Of a DNA stretch of 64,000 nt, positions 39,641-49,479 are shown piece by piece. Location: assembly GCA_043803945.1 (NCBI GenBank), contig JAZDJN010000042.1, forward strand, positions 42,821 to 106,820, written 5' to 3'. This stretch comes from a bacterium (lineage in GTDB: Bacteria; Bacteroidota; Ignavibacteria; UBA10030). The notes under the pieces were generated by a model. The model was not told where the DNA came from and searched no databases. It saw only the letters and a list, made by a program, of their open reading frames with translations. Both the position numbers and the translations under genes were made by a program. Each line of letters begins with the position of its first letter. The first letter of the stretch is position 1.

Positions 39641-41593
39641 ATGAAACGATTGTCGCTTTTGCTCGGCGTTCTGTTTTTTTCCACTCCACTGCTTGCGCAG
39701 TCGATGCTTGAGAATATCCTTTCACCCTCTCATCTCCCCTTTTTGAAGCAATCGAAGTTGGTACAGATTTCAAGCCACGACAGAACACATGGCAATAGCG
39801 ATTTTATTGCGGTACGGAACGGAGGCACGTCAACATTGGCTGATGTGTCAGGACCTGGTGTCGTTGTGAGAATATGGGTAACGATTGCCTCAAATGATCC
39901 TTACTTTCTTCGCAGGATTCTCTTGCGCATGACATGGGATGGAGAGCCCTCTCCTTCAGTGGAAGTGCCGATCGGCGATTTCTTTGGTACTGGATTCCAG
40001 TATAAGCAGTACGTCACTCCCTATCTCGGCATGTCGAGCGGGGGGTATTATTGCTTTTTCCCAATGCCATTTCACAAATCCGCACACATCGAGGTTGTGA
40101 ATCAAACGGGACGCGATATACAATCATTGTACTACCACATAGATTATCATCAGCTCGAGCAGGACTTTGGGCAGGATGTAGGTTTATTCCACACCGCCTG
40201 GCGTCGGGATGTCCGGACTGACAAGAAGGAGAATTACACGATTCTCGAAGCTGAAGGAGAGGGCCACCTCGTCGGGGTGAATCTCAACATGCAAAACCAT
40301 ACCCAGGGACTTGAATTTCTCGAGGGTGATGAAATGGTCTATGTGGATGGAGAATCATATCCATCGGTCTATGGGACGGGAACTGAAGACTACTTTACCA
40401 GTGGATGGTATTTTAATAAGGGTGAATATGCATCTCCATACCATGGTTTGGTACTCAAAGATGACTCGCTTTCACGCATTGCAGCGTACCGATTTCACAT
40501 TCTCGATGCCATTCCATTTAAACGCTCGATTCGATTTACCATCGAACATGGCCATGGCAATACTGTCGTAGCGGATTATAGCAGCACTGCATACTGGTAT
40601 CAGAAAGAACCTCACAAACGATTTTCACCTATGCTTCGGCCTGAACTCCGCATCCCTCTGCGTTCGGTGCTCCCTCAACATCCGCTGGAAGCGGAGTCGC
40701 TGCGGGTGGAGAGCAGCACCATCAGCGCTGATGTGGAAGAGATGCAACGCTTTGGAGCAGACTGGAGTGGGATGCGTCAGTTAACGATTTCCGGTAAAAC
40801 AATCGGTGATTCATTCATCCTCAATCTTCCAGTCGATGAACAGAGGAATTCTATCTCGATCTACAGTACCCATGGTCCCGAGTATGGAAATTACGAGATA
40901 AGGTATGGCGAAAAGAAAGTGGGAGAACTTCGCTCATTCAGCAGTGAAGTGAAGCCTGGAGGTATCACGGTGATACCGGATATTATCACAACGACGAAGA
41001 CCATTCCACTTCGTTTTATCCTGACCGGCAAGGATCCAAAATCCTCCGGGTATGCCTTGGGCCTTGATGCATTCGTCATCGAACCGGTGAAGAGCTATAT
41101 TCCAGCCTGGTATCTCATCGGGCCGTTCTCCAATCCACGGGATTCATCGATGACTCGCTTGGGACTTGATATTCAGTACCCGCCGGAAAAAGAGATCAGG
41201 ATTGCTCAACGATATCGAGGGGTGAATGAACAGATCGTCGGGTGGAAGCTGGAGAAAACTCCGAAGAGTGGGAGGATGGATCTTTATATGTTTAATCCCT
41301 ATGAATCTGTTGTGGTCTATGCGCTCACGTATGTCTACTCTCCCGTAGATCAATCCGTCCCTTTATTGCTCGGGAGTGACGATGGGGCGAAGGTGTTTCT
41401 CAATGGTACCGAAATATTTCGTCTTCTTGAAATTCGTGTAGCTCAGCCCGATCAGAATCGCATTCTGATGAAATTAAACAAGGGATGGAATACGTTGCTC
41501 TTGAAAGTTGAGAATAACTACGGCGGTTATAATTTCTATGCACGGATTCCAAACAACAATTATGGGATTCGCATTAATCCTTTGAGACAATGA
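39641..41593 (+). CDS. Secreted DUF2961/GH172-family glycoside hydrolase with extra C-terminal domains
   Basis: Signal peptide, SSHDRT.GN.D, GPGV..RIW, PIGDFFG, EGDEM..VDG, GTGTEDYF, IEHG, AYWYQ; C-terminal GSDDG.KV.LNG domain. Confidence 0.82.
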   Translation: MKRLSLLLGVLFFSTPLLAQSMLENILSPSHLPFLKQSKLVQISSHDRTHGNSDFIAVRNGGTSTLADVSGPGVVVRIWVTIASNDPYFLRRILLRMTWDGEPSPSVEVPIGDFFGTGFQYKQYVTPYLGMSSGGYYCFFPMPFHKSAHIEVVNQTGRDIQSLYYHIDYHQLEQDFGQDVGLFHTAWRRDVRTDKKENYTILEAEGEGHLVGVNLNMQNHTQGLEFLEGDEMVYVDGESYPSVYGTGTEDYFTSGWYFNKGEYASPYHGLVLKDDSLSRIAAYRFHILDAIPFKRSIRFTIEHGHGNTVVADYSSTAYWYQKEPHKRFSPMLRPELRIPLRSVLPQHPLEAESLRVESSTISADVEEMQRFGADWSGMRQLTISGKTIGDSFILNLPVDEQRNSISIYSTHGPEYGNYEIRYGEKKVGELRSFSSEVKPGGITVIPDIITTTKTIPLRFILTGKDPKSSGYALGLDAFVIEPVKSYIPAWYLIGPFSNPRDSSMTRLGLDIQYPPEKEIRIAQRYRGVNEQIVGWKLEKTPKSGRMDLYMFNPYESVVVYALTYVYSPVDQSVPLLLGSDDGAKVFLNGTEIFRLLEIRVAQPDQNRILMKLNKGWNTLLLKVENNYGGYNFYARIPNNNYGIRINPLRQ

Positions 41594-41625
41594 CTCTTTC
41601 CCAAAGCAGGTAGAAAGGATTTCCA

Positions 41626-42780
41626 ATGGGGCAAGTTCGATTCTCTGTTTTCGTTCTTTTCGTGCTTCTTCTCAATTCCGGCAGCTACCAACGCCTTCAG
41701 GCACAAACGGGAAAGACTGTTCCCCCAAGAAGCGTGTCATTTCAGGAACTCAGGCTTACTGAAGCAGCGGCATCGAACTTTGCCAATCTCACTTTGAAAT
41801 GCATCCTTAGAGAGTACCCAAACAAGCTCGATCATGTCATGAACACAGAGATGGAGGTTCAGAGTCCGAGTACTCTTCATCCGGTTTTTTATGGCTGCTT
41901 CGACTGGCACTCCTCCGTTCATGGACACTGGATGCTTGTTCGAATACTCCGGATGTTTCCGAATCTCCCTGAAGCACTAAAAATCCGATATGCTCTCAAT
42001 CAGAATTTAACCGCCACTCATATTGCCGTGGAAGTGAAGTACCTCGAGCAAGCCAACCGAAAATCGTTTGAACGGACGTACGGTTGGGCCTGGTTAGTAA
42101 AATTAGCAGAGGAATTAAGCACATGGAATGCTCCCGATGGCAAGCGGTGGTCGGAAATTCTGGCTCCTCTGACTACTGCGATCATCAATCGGTATTTAGA
42201 TTTCTTACCGAGACAGACATATCCAATTCGTACGGGGGTTCATCCGAACACTGCATTCGGAATCGCCTTCGCCCTTGATTATGCACGAACTGCAGGGAAT
42301 ACAGTGCTGGAAAAAATGCTTGTCGAGAGAAGTCTGGAATATTATGCCAAGGATAAGAATGCGCCGATTCAGTGGGAACCGGGAGGAGAGGATTTCTTTT
42401 CCCCAAGTCTGATGGAAGCGGATCTGATGAGACGGGTGATGAAGAGTTCAGAATTTGCTGGTTGGTTCTCTAACTTTATCCCAGCGCTGCGGCATTCAGC
42501 ATCGTTTCCTTTGCTCACCCCAGCCATCGTGAGTGATCGAACTGATCCAAAAATTGTCCATCTGGATGGACTCAATCTAAGCCGGGCCTGGTGTATGATT
42601 GGTATTGCCTCTTCGCTGCCTCAGTCTGATCCTGCGCGCAAAAAGTTGCTTGACGCTGCATTAAAACACTCAGTGAGTACGTTACCGCACATCACGAGCG
42701 GGAATTACGAGGGTGAGCATTGGCTCGGTTCGTTTGCTGTCTATCTGCTGTCGCAGGTGCACCGTTTGAAAGACAGATAA
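41626..42780 (+). CDS. DUF2891-family secreted protein
   Basis: EYPNK, HP.FYGCFDWHSSVHGHW, SFERTYGWAW, HLDGLNLSRAW, YEGEHWL. Confidence 0.85.
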   Translation: MGQVRFSVFVLFVLLLNSGSYQRLQAQTGKTVPPRSVSFQELRLTEAAASNFANLTLKCILREYPNKLDHVMNTEMEVQSPSTLHPVFYGCFDWHSSVHGHWMLVRILRMFPNLPEALKIRYALNQNLTATHIAVEVKYLEQANRKSFERTYGWAWLVKLAEELSTWNAPDGKRWSEILAPLTTAIINRYLDFLPRQTYPIRTGVHPNTAFGIAFALDYARTAGNTVLEKMLVERSLEYYAKDKNAPIQWEPGGEDFFSPSLMEADLMRRVMKSSEFAGWFSNFIPALRHSASFPLLTPAIVSDRTDPKIVHLDGLNLSRAWCMIGIASSLPQSDPARKKLLDAALKHSVSTLPHITSGNYEGEHWLGSFAVYLLSQVHRLKDR

Positions 42781-42888
42781 CGTGGGGGGACATTCCACTC
42801 TCTGATACGTCTGAATTATGGAAAGAGCGCACTCCATACACCAATACCCTGATGCTCCATTGAGTTAACAATAGATGAAAGACAGGAT

Positions 42889-44202
42889 ATGCAGGAATCA
42901 AAACTTCGTTCCTCTGTGATGCTGCGGATGATTATTGTCATCGTCCTGACCATCATCCTACTTATCCCCACACTGTTTGTACAATTACTGGTCTCTGAAC
43001 GGGAAAAACGGCGGGATGGAGCTGTAAAGGAGGTGAGTCAGAAGTGGGGAGGGGTGCAACGCATTACCGGTCCGGTTCTTTCCCTTCCTGTGGTTCATAC
43101 AGTGAAGGATGAGAACGGCAAAGAGTATTCGTCGCTTCGGTATTATCATATCCTGCCCGATTCGATCTCGCTCTCCGGTGATCTCCAGCCGACGGTTCGC
43201 TACCGGGGGATCTACGAAGCGGTGCTCTACAATACCGTTCTTTCGGGACGCGGTTCATTCTCCCTGACGTCGAATCCATTTCTACAGGAGTCTGAGAAAA
43301 AGATTGTCTGGAAGGATGCTGTGGTGACAATCGGTGTGAGTGATTTGAAAGGGATCAGGGAAGAGATTGCATTCCGATGGAATAGCACCACACTGAGTGC
43401 AGAACCGGGCAGTGGTGCATGTGAGGCGATAAAATCCGGGGTTACCTTCAAGCCGAACTTGAGTGGTGTTGAGGTACCATACCTGTTTGATTTTACTCTT
43501 GCCCTTAATGGCAGTTCAGAGCTTCAGATTACTTCTGTAGGGAAGCAAACAGAGGTCGCCCTCGTTTCGAGCTGGCGGTCACCAAGTTTTAATGGAGCAT
43601 TTCTTCCGGTAACAAGAGAGATCAGCGACAATGGATTTCAGGCTCGATGGAAGGTCTTGCATCTGAATCGTAATTATCCTCAACACTGGATGGGGGAGCA
43701 ACTCAACCTCGACAGCGGAGTATTTGGGGTGCAGCTGTTACTCGTGGCAGACGAATATCAAAAAACGATGCGCACGATCAAGTATGCCGTGCTCTTTATT
43801 GCTCTGACATTCCTTTCATTCTTTTTAACTGAAATTCTAGCCGGGCAGGTGTTCCATCCCATTCACTACTCGCTCATCGGTTTAGCTTTAGTGTTGTTTT
43901 ATATCGTTCTCCTCTCATTGTCCGAACATATGAGGTTCCAATATGCCTATCCAGTTTCCACCATAGTAATCGTCGGATTAATCAGTGCCTATACAAAAGC
44001 GATTTCCCGCAATGGGAAAGTCGCCGTGGGCATCGGTGGATTTCTGGCAGTGCTGTACACGTTTCTCTATGTTGTGCTTCAACTGGAAGATTATGCACTT
44101 CTGATCGGAAGCGGCGGTCTGTTGCTGATCCTCGCGTTGGTCATGTATTTGACACGAGCAGTTGATTGGTTTTCAATTGGACAATCGAAAGAGACGCGCT
44201 GA
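42889..44202 (+). CDS. creD: Inner membrane protein CreD
   Basis: ERE.RR..AV.EV..KWG..Q.ITGP, RYRGIY, PSFNGAFLP, KYAVLFI, HPIHY, LLSLSEH, LEDYALLIGS. Confidence 0.9.
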   Translation: MQESKLRSSVMLRMIIVIVLTIILLIPTLFVQLLVSEREKRRDGAVKEVSQKWGGVQRITGPVLSLPVVHTVKDENGKEYSSLRYYHILPDSISLSGDLQPTVRYRGIYEAVLYNTVLSGRGSFSLTSNPFLQESEKKIVWKDAVVTIGVSDLKGIREEIAFRWNSTTLSAEPGSGACEAIKSGVTFKPNLSGVEVPYLFDFTLALNGSSELQITSVGKQTEVALVSSWRSPSFNGAFLPVTREISDNGFQARWKVLHLNRNYPQHWMGEQLNLDSGVFGVQLLLVADEYQKTMRTIKYAVLFIALTFLSFFLTEILAGQVFHPIHYSLIGLALVLFYIVLLSLSEHMRFQYAYPVSTIVIVGLISAYTKAISRNGKVAVGIGGFLAVLYTFLYVVLQLEDYALLIGSGGLLLILALVMYLTRAVDWFSIGQSKETR

Positions 44203-44265
44203 GAGAGATTTCCCGACAGGTCTCCTGCTCTTTCGATGCTCCTGTGTCGATTATCACTACCACAA

Positions 44266-44724
44266 CTAATTGCCGACTTCACGAATCACGAGGAGGGAGA
44301 TTTGATCGAGCATTGTCTTCAACTTTGGGCTGAGTTCCATGGTTAGCTGGTCGATGATCGCCGGAACGATTCCGAGGATAATAATCTCGGGTACAGGTGT
44401 CTCCAATTTCAATGCATCGAGTAATTCACGCAAACCCCCAAAATGTGCAGAACGTGGTGAATGCCAGCGTAGTTCAAGCTCTTCAGGTGTAGCCCGAATG
44501 ATGCTTCCAGGTTCTTCATCGGCCATCATTGCGTCGACGATAATGATCTTATCTCTATTTCGACAGAAGTCGAGAAGTTCAAAGCCTCCAGTGCCGCCAT
44601 CAAGTACCTCGACTGTTGGTGGTAAGGGCATACTCTGCAATTGCCGGGCAACGTGGATACCAATGCCTTCATCACCGAGTAGCAAATTACCCACACCAAG
44701 TATGAGCGTTCTTGTTAGTGGCAT
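44266..44724 (-). CDS. [NiFe]-hydrogenase maturation endopeptidase (HyaD/HybD family)
   Basis: ILGVGNLLLGDEGIG, DGGT, IIVDA, SAH. Confidence 0.92.
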   Translation of the reverse strand: MPLTRTLILGVGNLLLGDEGIGIHVARQLQSMPLPPTVEVLDGGTGGFELLDFCRNRDKIIIVDAMMADEEPGSIIRATPEELELRWHSPRSAHFGGLRELLDALKLETPVPEIIILGIVPAIIDQLTMELSPKLKTMLDQISLLVIREVGN

Positions 44725-44744
44725 TGTGAGAACTGATACAAAGG

Positions 44745-44768
44745 AGCCCCGACTCGAAAGCCGGGGCT
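44745..44768 (-). terminator. GC-rich hairpin with UUCG loop between the hydrogenase large subunit and the protease
   Basis: AGCCCCGGCU-UUCG-AGUCGGGGCU followed by a weak CCUUUGUAU tail. Confidence 0.6.
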
Positions 44769-44777
44769 TGGGTGAAT

Positions 44778-46277
44778 TTATAGGATTTGAAACTTCTTTA
44801 CAGACTTACCGGGTTCGATGAGATGCACAGCACATGCAATACACGGATCGAACGAGCGGACAATGCGTGCAATTGCGAACGGATTCTCTGTATCTTCAAT
44901 TGTTGCTCCAATTATTGCCAGTTCCATAGGACCCGGTTGACCCTTATCGTCTTGCGGTGAAGCGTTCCATGTTGTTGGCACGACAGCCTGATAGCGTGCG
45001 ATCTTTCCGTTCTTGATGCTGATCCAGTGTCCGAGAGCTCCACGAGCTGCACACCAAAGACCCATGCCCTCTGCTGTTTCAGGAATCTTGTGATCGGTGC
45101 ATACGGGTTCTTCGAGTTTTACCGACATGATCATTGTTTCCAATTCATCAGCGACGATTTTACACTCCAACGCACGGCAAAGATGTCTCCCCAGAACGGA
45201 GTATAAAGCGTCGTGGCCTACCTGCAGTTGCGAGAGGGCTTCATCGACGAGCTTGACGATTTTAGGATTCGATTTGCTGCGATATGCCATTGCGATGCGG
45301 GCCAGGGGTCCAACCTCATAAGCATTGTTTTCGTAGCGCGGAGCCTTTAACCAACTGTAACCGTTTGATTTCTTCGGATTTGGAAGACTCTCACCTTTGC
45401 TCGGATGCAGATGGCTTGGCGAGTCATACCATGACGATTTCACATCTTCAGTAATTTTTTTTGGATCGACCGATTCGATGTTTCCATCGACCAATCTTCC
45501 CATTGGGAAAAGACGCTTCCTCTTAGTGACATTGGGCTCATCGTCGAGGTCGAACAATCCGAATGAGAGGAGTCGCTTACATCCAGTACCTATCTGGAAA
45601 TAATCCCTGTAGATTTGGCTAACCGTCAAAACATCCGGGAGGTAAACCTTGTCGATAAATTCACGCAATTCTTGCAAACGCCACAATGAAGTAGTGATAT
45701 TATCGATGCGTGGACGGATGGAAACGCCGCCGGGAACAATTGAAGCCATATGAGGCATCTTTCCCGACCAGATCGCACACAGTTCATGCGCTTTAAGCCG
45801 CATCTGGTAACCCTGGATGTAATGGTTTACAAGTGTGTCATGCACGGTCGATGGAACGCGATAGTCTGCCTCGTAGCGCGGGATAAACGGCGGAACATCG
45901 GGGCCGCGGAAGAAATCGAGCGATGCGAGGTGATAGAAATGCAGGATGTGTGACTGGATATAGTTAGCGCCTTGCATAATGTTTCTTATGATTCGAGCAT
46001 TCGGCGGAGGCATGATGCCGAAAGCATTCTCCAACGCCTGCGAGGATGCGATGGCGTGCGGCGTAGGGCATACGCCGCAAAAACGCTGCGTGATCTGTAT
46101 TGCATCCAAGGGATTTCGATCGATGAGGATTTGTTCAAAACCGCGATACAATGTGCCGCCGACCTTTGCTTCGACGATTTTTCGATTGTCTACGATCGCT
46201 TCAACTTTGAGATGTCCCTCGATGCGCGTCATCGGATCGATAGTAATTTTTGTTCTGACGGTATCCATAGTTCTCAT
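44778..46277 (-). CDS. [NiFe]-hydrogenase large subunit, group 1 (1a-like)
   Basis: DPMTRIEGH, L1 QRFCGVCPTPH, HILHFYHL, L2 RSFDPCIACAVH plus cleavable C-terminal tail. Confidence 0.93.
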   Translation of the reverse strand: MRTMDTVRTKITIDPMTRIEGHLKVEAIVDNRKIVEAKVGGTLYRGFEQILIDRNPLDAIQITQRFCGVCPTPHAIASSQALENAFGIMPPPNARIIRNIMQGANYIQSHILHFYHLASLDFFRGPDVPPFIPRYEADYRVPSTVHDTLVNHYIQGYQMRLKAHELCAIWSGKMPHMASIVPGGVSIRPRIDNITTSLWRLQELREFIDKVYLPDVLTVSQIYRDYFQIGTGCKRLLSFGLFDLDDEPNVTKRKRLFPMGRLVDGNIESVDPKKITEDVKSSWYDSPSHLHPSKGESLPNPKKSNGYSWLKAPRYENNAYEVGPLARIAMAYRSKSNPKIVKLVDEALSQLQVGHDALYSVLGRHLCRALECKIVADELETMIMSVKLEEPVCTDHKIPETAEGMGLWCAARGALGHWISIKNGKIARYQAVVPTTWNASPQDDKGQPGPMELAIIGATIEDTENPFAIARIVRSFDPCIACAVHLIEPGKSVKKFQIL

Positions 46278-47227
46278 CTCCTTTGATAAATGGGTGAATG
46301 TGCATCGGGGAATCCCTTTTCAGTGCATCCAATGCATGGTCCACCGGCTCCAATGCACCAGTTGACACCGCCGTTCCACAACCGTATAGGGCAGTCGGCG
46401 TATGTGAATGGACCTTTGCAACCGAGTTCGAGCAAACATCCTTCATCGCCAAACTTCGTTGCGAAGATACCATCGTCCAGGTAATCGCGATTAATGCAGC
46501 GATTGTGGACTGAGCGGCCGAAAAAGAGCTTTAACCGGCCGTGCTCGTCAATCTCTTTCGGCTTCGGCATACCGTAGAGTAAAATCTTGGAGACCGTTCC
46601 GATAAACCAATCCGGATGACACGGACACCCTGGAATATTGATGACCGGAGTGGAAATATTCAACATCTTATAAGCATCACTTGTGCCAATGCAACCGGAT
46701 GGATTGGGTTCTCCCATTGGTAATCCGCCATAGGCAGCGCAAGTCCCCACAGTGAGGGTCGCCATCGCATCCCTGCCTAACAAATCAATCCAATTCAGCA
46801 TCGTGATCGGTTTATTCTCGTTCTCGCCAACCCAACCATACATTCCCTCCTGCTTTGTGGGGATTGCACCTTCTACGACGAGCACATACTTTCCTTTGTA
46901 CTTCGTCGAGACTTCGCGGGCAGTATTGATGGAGAGTGATCCGGTAGCAGCCATCAATGTCCCGTGATACATGAGTTTTAATTGATGACCCGGAAGTACT
47001 TGTTCCAGGATCACATTTTTAATGCTTGGGTGGATAGTATTGATGACCGAAACTGAGCACCCGCTGCATGTTGAGGCTTGCAGCCAAATGATGGGATATT
47101 CTTTCACCGCCTCTTGCAACGCCTCGGCTAATTTTGGAAAGAATCCATCCACCATACTCATAGCCGCTGGTGCAGCGATTGCCCAACGGACAAAATCTCT
47201 GCGGGTAAATTTGTGGTTGACGGCCAT
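46274..47227 (-). CDS. [NiFe]-hydrogenase small subunit with Tat signal
   Basis: TRRDF twin-arginine, CSGCS, GTCAAYGG, PGCP, H..C..., GCLLELGCKGP, CP, CIGC; no C-terminal TM. Confidence 0.93.
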   Translation of the reverse strand: MAVNHKFTRRDFVRWAIAAPAAMSMVDGFFPKLAEALQEAVKEYPIIWLQASTCSGCSVSVINTIHPSIKNVILEQVLPGHQLKLMYHGTLMAATGSLSINTAREVSTKYKGKYVLVVEGAIPTKQEGMYGWVGENENKPITMLNWIDLLGRDAMATLTVGTCAAYGGLPMGEPNPSGCIGTSDAYKMLNISTPVINIPGCPCHPDWFIGTVSKILLYGMPKPKEIDEHGRLKLFFGRSVHNRCINRDYLDDGIFATKFGDEGCLLELGCKGPFTYADCPIRLWNGGVNWCIGAGGPCIGCTEKGFPDAHSPIYQRR

Positions 47228-47415
47228 ATGATATTCCTTTCTTGTTGAAGTGACCGATAAACGATCTTAACGAGATAGACACCATAGGGTCTGCTGTGAT
47301 CCTACAGTGAAGATGATTCAATTATAATGAATGGGTGGTTTAGAGAGTCTGACACTGTTTTACTCGTCTCGTTGTAGGTTTTTTGTGTGGGATCGTTAGG
47401 TTTAGATTTCGGATA

Positions 47416-47847
47416 TTATGGTGTAGTCGATCTCTTTTCTGGAGCCGGATGATTGAGGTTAAAAAGTTGCATAGCGAGATTGGTCGGATTAATACCGAGT
47501 CGACTACAAGCAACTTCGATGGATAAGGAGAGGATATGAACAGCGGTTTCTCTTCCCGTTTCGGTAAGAACAACTTGTTCTCTTCGTCGATCATTTGGAT
47601 GGAGTGATCGACACACAAATCCCTTCTCTTCCAACAGCCTTAATGCTCTAGATGTCCGTGTCGGCGGTCCTTCCAGCTCGGTATTTAACTCTTTTACACA
47701 TGTAGGATGTTTGATGTGGAGAATACTGAGGCAATGAATTTCATCGATTGTCAAACCTGTTGAGGTAGCAAGATGCTTGTCGATATCCCGGCATCGTGAG
47801 GTAAGCCGGAGAAGATCTGCACCGATGATGGGATTGAAGAGATCCAT
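47416..47847 (-). CDS. MarR-family transcriptional regulator
   Basis: GLT.DE..CL, SRALRLLEEKGFV.R...DRR...V.LTETG. Confidence 0.85.
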   Translation of the reverse strand: MDLFNPIIGADLLRLTSRCRDIDKHLATSTGLTIDEIHCLSILHIKHPTCVKELNTELEGPPTRTSRALRLLEEKGFVCRSLHPNDRRREQVVLTETGRETAVHILSLSIEVACSRLGINPTNLAMQLFNLNHPAPEKRSTTP

Positions 47848-47857
47848 AGCATTTCAA

Positions 47858-47901
47858 ATAATAGTTTCATTCTACAATAATTATACCAATGAAACTATTA
47901 T
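47858..47901. promoter_or_regulatory. 14-bp perfect inverted repeat flanking an extended -10 (probable MarR auto-operator)
   Basis: ATAATAGTTTCATT-N16-AATGAAACTATTAT; minus-strand TG-G-TATAAT lies at the junction and in the spacer. Confidence 0.6.
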
Positions 47902-48066
47902 CAAAATTGATATAAATTTGGCCAATATCACTTTTGGCAATGATGCTTATTTCAACTGATGTTGAGTATATCAACGGATAGGTTGGAGATTACATAGAGT
48001 CCATCAGGTGAGCTCGCTCGTGAGAGGGAGAGCAAGGTGGTAACGGGGAATACTACAATATGGAGT

Positions 48067-49479
48067 TTATGCTGTGCTTCTTCCTGAGGTAAGATATTCG
48101 TGGATGGATTTTGCAGCCTTTCGTCCAGCACCCATTGCGAGAATGACAGTCGCTGCGCCGGTAACGACATCTCCCCCTGCCCAGATACGATCACGTGATG
48201 TCTGACCCGTGGTTTCGCTCGCTTCGACGTTGCCCTTCTTTCCGATTTTCAACCCGGGTGTTGTTGCGCCGATTAGCGGATTGGGACTATTGCCGATTGC
48301 ACATACAACAGCATCGACATCGAAAACAGTTTCGGACCCTTCGATCGGGATAGGCTTTCGCCGTCCGGAGGCATCGGGTTCACCCAGTGCCATTCTCTGA
48401 CAGATGACCCGTTTGACCCAGCCGTTCTCATCACCTTCGTAACGCAAAGGGAGTGTAAGAAATTCGAAAATGACACCTTCTTCTTCGGCATTTTCGACTT
48501 CCTCAAGGCGTGCGGGAAGCTCCTCACGTGAACGTCGGTAAATGATCCGCGTCTCAGCGCCGAGGCGGAGTGCGCTGCGTGCACAATCCATTGCAACATT
48601 GCCGCCTCCGACCACAGCAACTTTCTTCTGTGCTTTGATCGGTGTGTGATATTGTGGAAAAAGATAGCCCTTCATAAGGTTTAAACGGGTGAGATACTCG
48701 TTTGCGGAATACACTCCATTCAGGTTCTCACCCGGTATTTCCATGAACCATGGCAGTCCGGCGCCCGAACCCACAAAGACTGCGTCGTACTCCTCCAGTA
48801 TACTATCGATGGTTCGAGTTTTGCCGACGACAAAGTCGGTAATTAATTCGACACCGAGCATATTCAGATATTCAACTTCGCGTTGTACGATAGCTTTTGG
48901 CAATCGGAACTCAGGTATGCCATACGTAAGTACTCCACCCATACGATGGAGAGCTTCGAAGATTGTTACGCTGTGACCCTGCTTGATGAGATCGCCGGCA
49001 ACAGTTAATCCGGCTGGACCACCGCCGACGACGGCCACTTTTTTTCCGGTTGGAAGAGGATTCTCCGGCAATGTAAGTTTTCCCTGTGCCGCTTCCCAGT
49101 CTGCTAAAAATCTTTCGAGTCTTCCGATTGCAAGCTCACTCCCTTTTTTCTTGAGAGCGCATGCGCTTTCACACTGTTCTTCCTGCGGGCACACGCGGCC
49201 ACAGATTGCCGGAAGGCAATTCTTCTGTTTTAGAATCCGGACGCCCTCGGAGAATTTTCCATCTGCAATACACTGAATAAATGCCGGAATATCGATTTCC
49301 ACCGGACATTCACCAATGCAACGCGCATCCTTGCATTGAATGCAGCGTTTCGCTTCCTCGATGGCAGTTGTCTCAGAATACCCGAGTGCAACTTCATAAA
49401 AATTGTGGCATCGAACCTCAGGAGGCTGCTTTGGCATTAATCGGCGATACAGGTCGAGCTTCTTCTTTTCGGCTGCCAT
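48067..49479 (-). CDS. nfnB: NfnB/NfnL (SudA, GltD-like) flavo-iron-sulfur subunit
   Basis: EAKRCIQC...C...CP, ICGRVCPQEEQCE..C, GGGPAGL, YGIPEFRLP, GGGNVAMD, YRR, GGDVVTGAATVI.AM; coupled to nfnA. Confidence 0.88.
   Translation of the reverse strand: MAAEKKKLDLYRRLMPKQPPEVRCHNFYEVALGYSETTAIEEAKRCIQCKDARCIGECPVEIDIPAFIQCIADGKFSEGVRILKQKNCLPAICGRVCPQEEQCESACALKKKGSELAIGRLERFLADWEAAQGKLTLPENPLPTGKKVAVVGGGPAGLTVAGDLIKQGHSVTIFEALHRMGGVLTYGIPEFRLPKAIVQREVEYLNMLGVELITDFVVGKTRTIDSILEEYDAVFVGSGAGLPWFMEIPGENLNGVYSANEYLTRLNLMKGYLFPQYHTPIKAQKKVAVVGGGNVAMDCARSALRLGAETRIIYRRSREELPARLEEVENAEEEGVIFEFLTLPLRYEGDENGWVKRVICQRMALGEPDASGRRKPIPIEGSETVFDVDAVVCAIGNSPNPLIGATTPGLKIGKKGNVEASETTGQTSRDRIWAGGDVVTGAATVILAMGAGRKAAKSIHEYLTSGRSTA

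Noticed and set aside
44745-44850. Selenocysteine/SECIS in the hydrogenase large subunit
   Set aside because: The L2 codon is TGT, and the frame is open without TGA. The hairpin lies after the stop.
48067-49479. Glutamate synthase small subunit gltD
   Set aside because: There is no gltB, and the gene is coupled to an NfnA/SudB gene.
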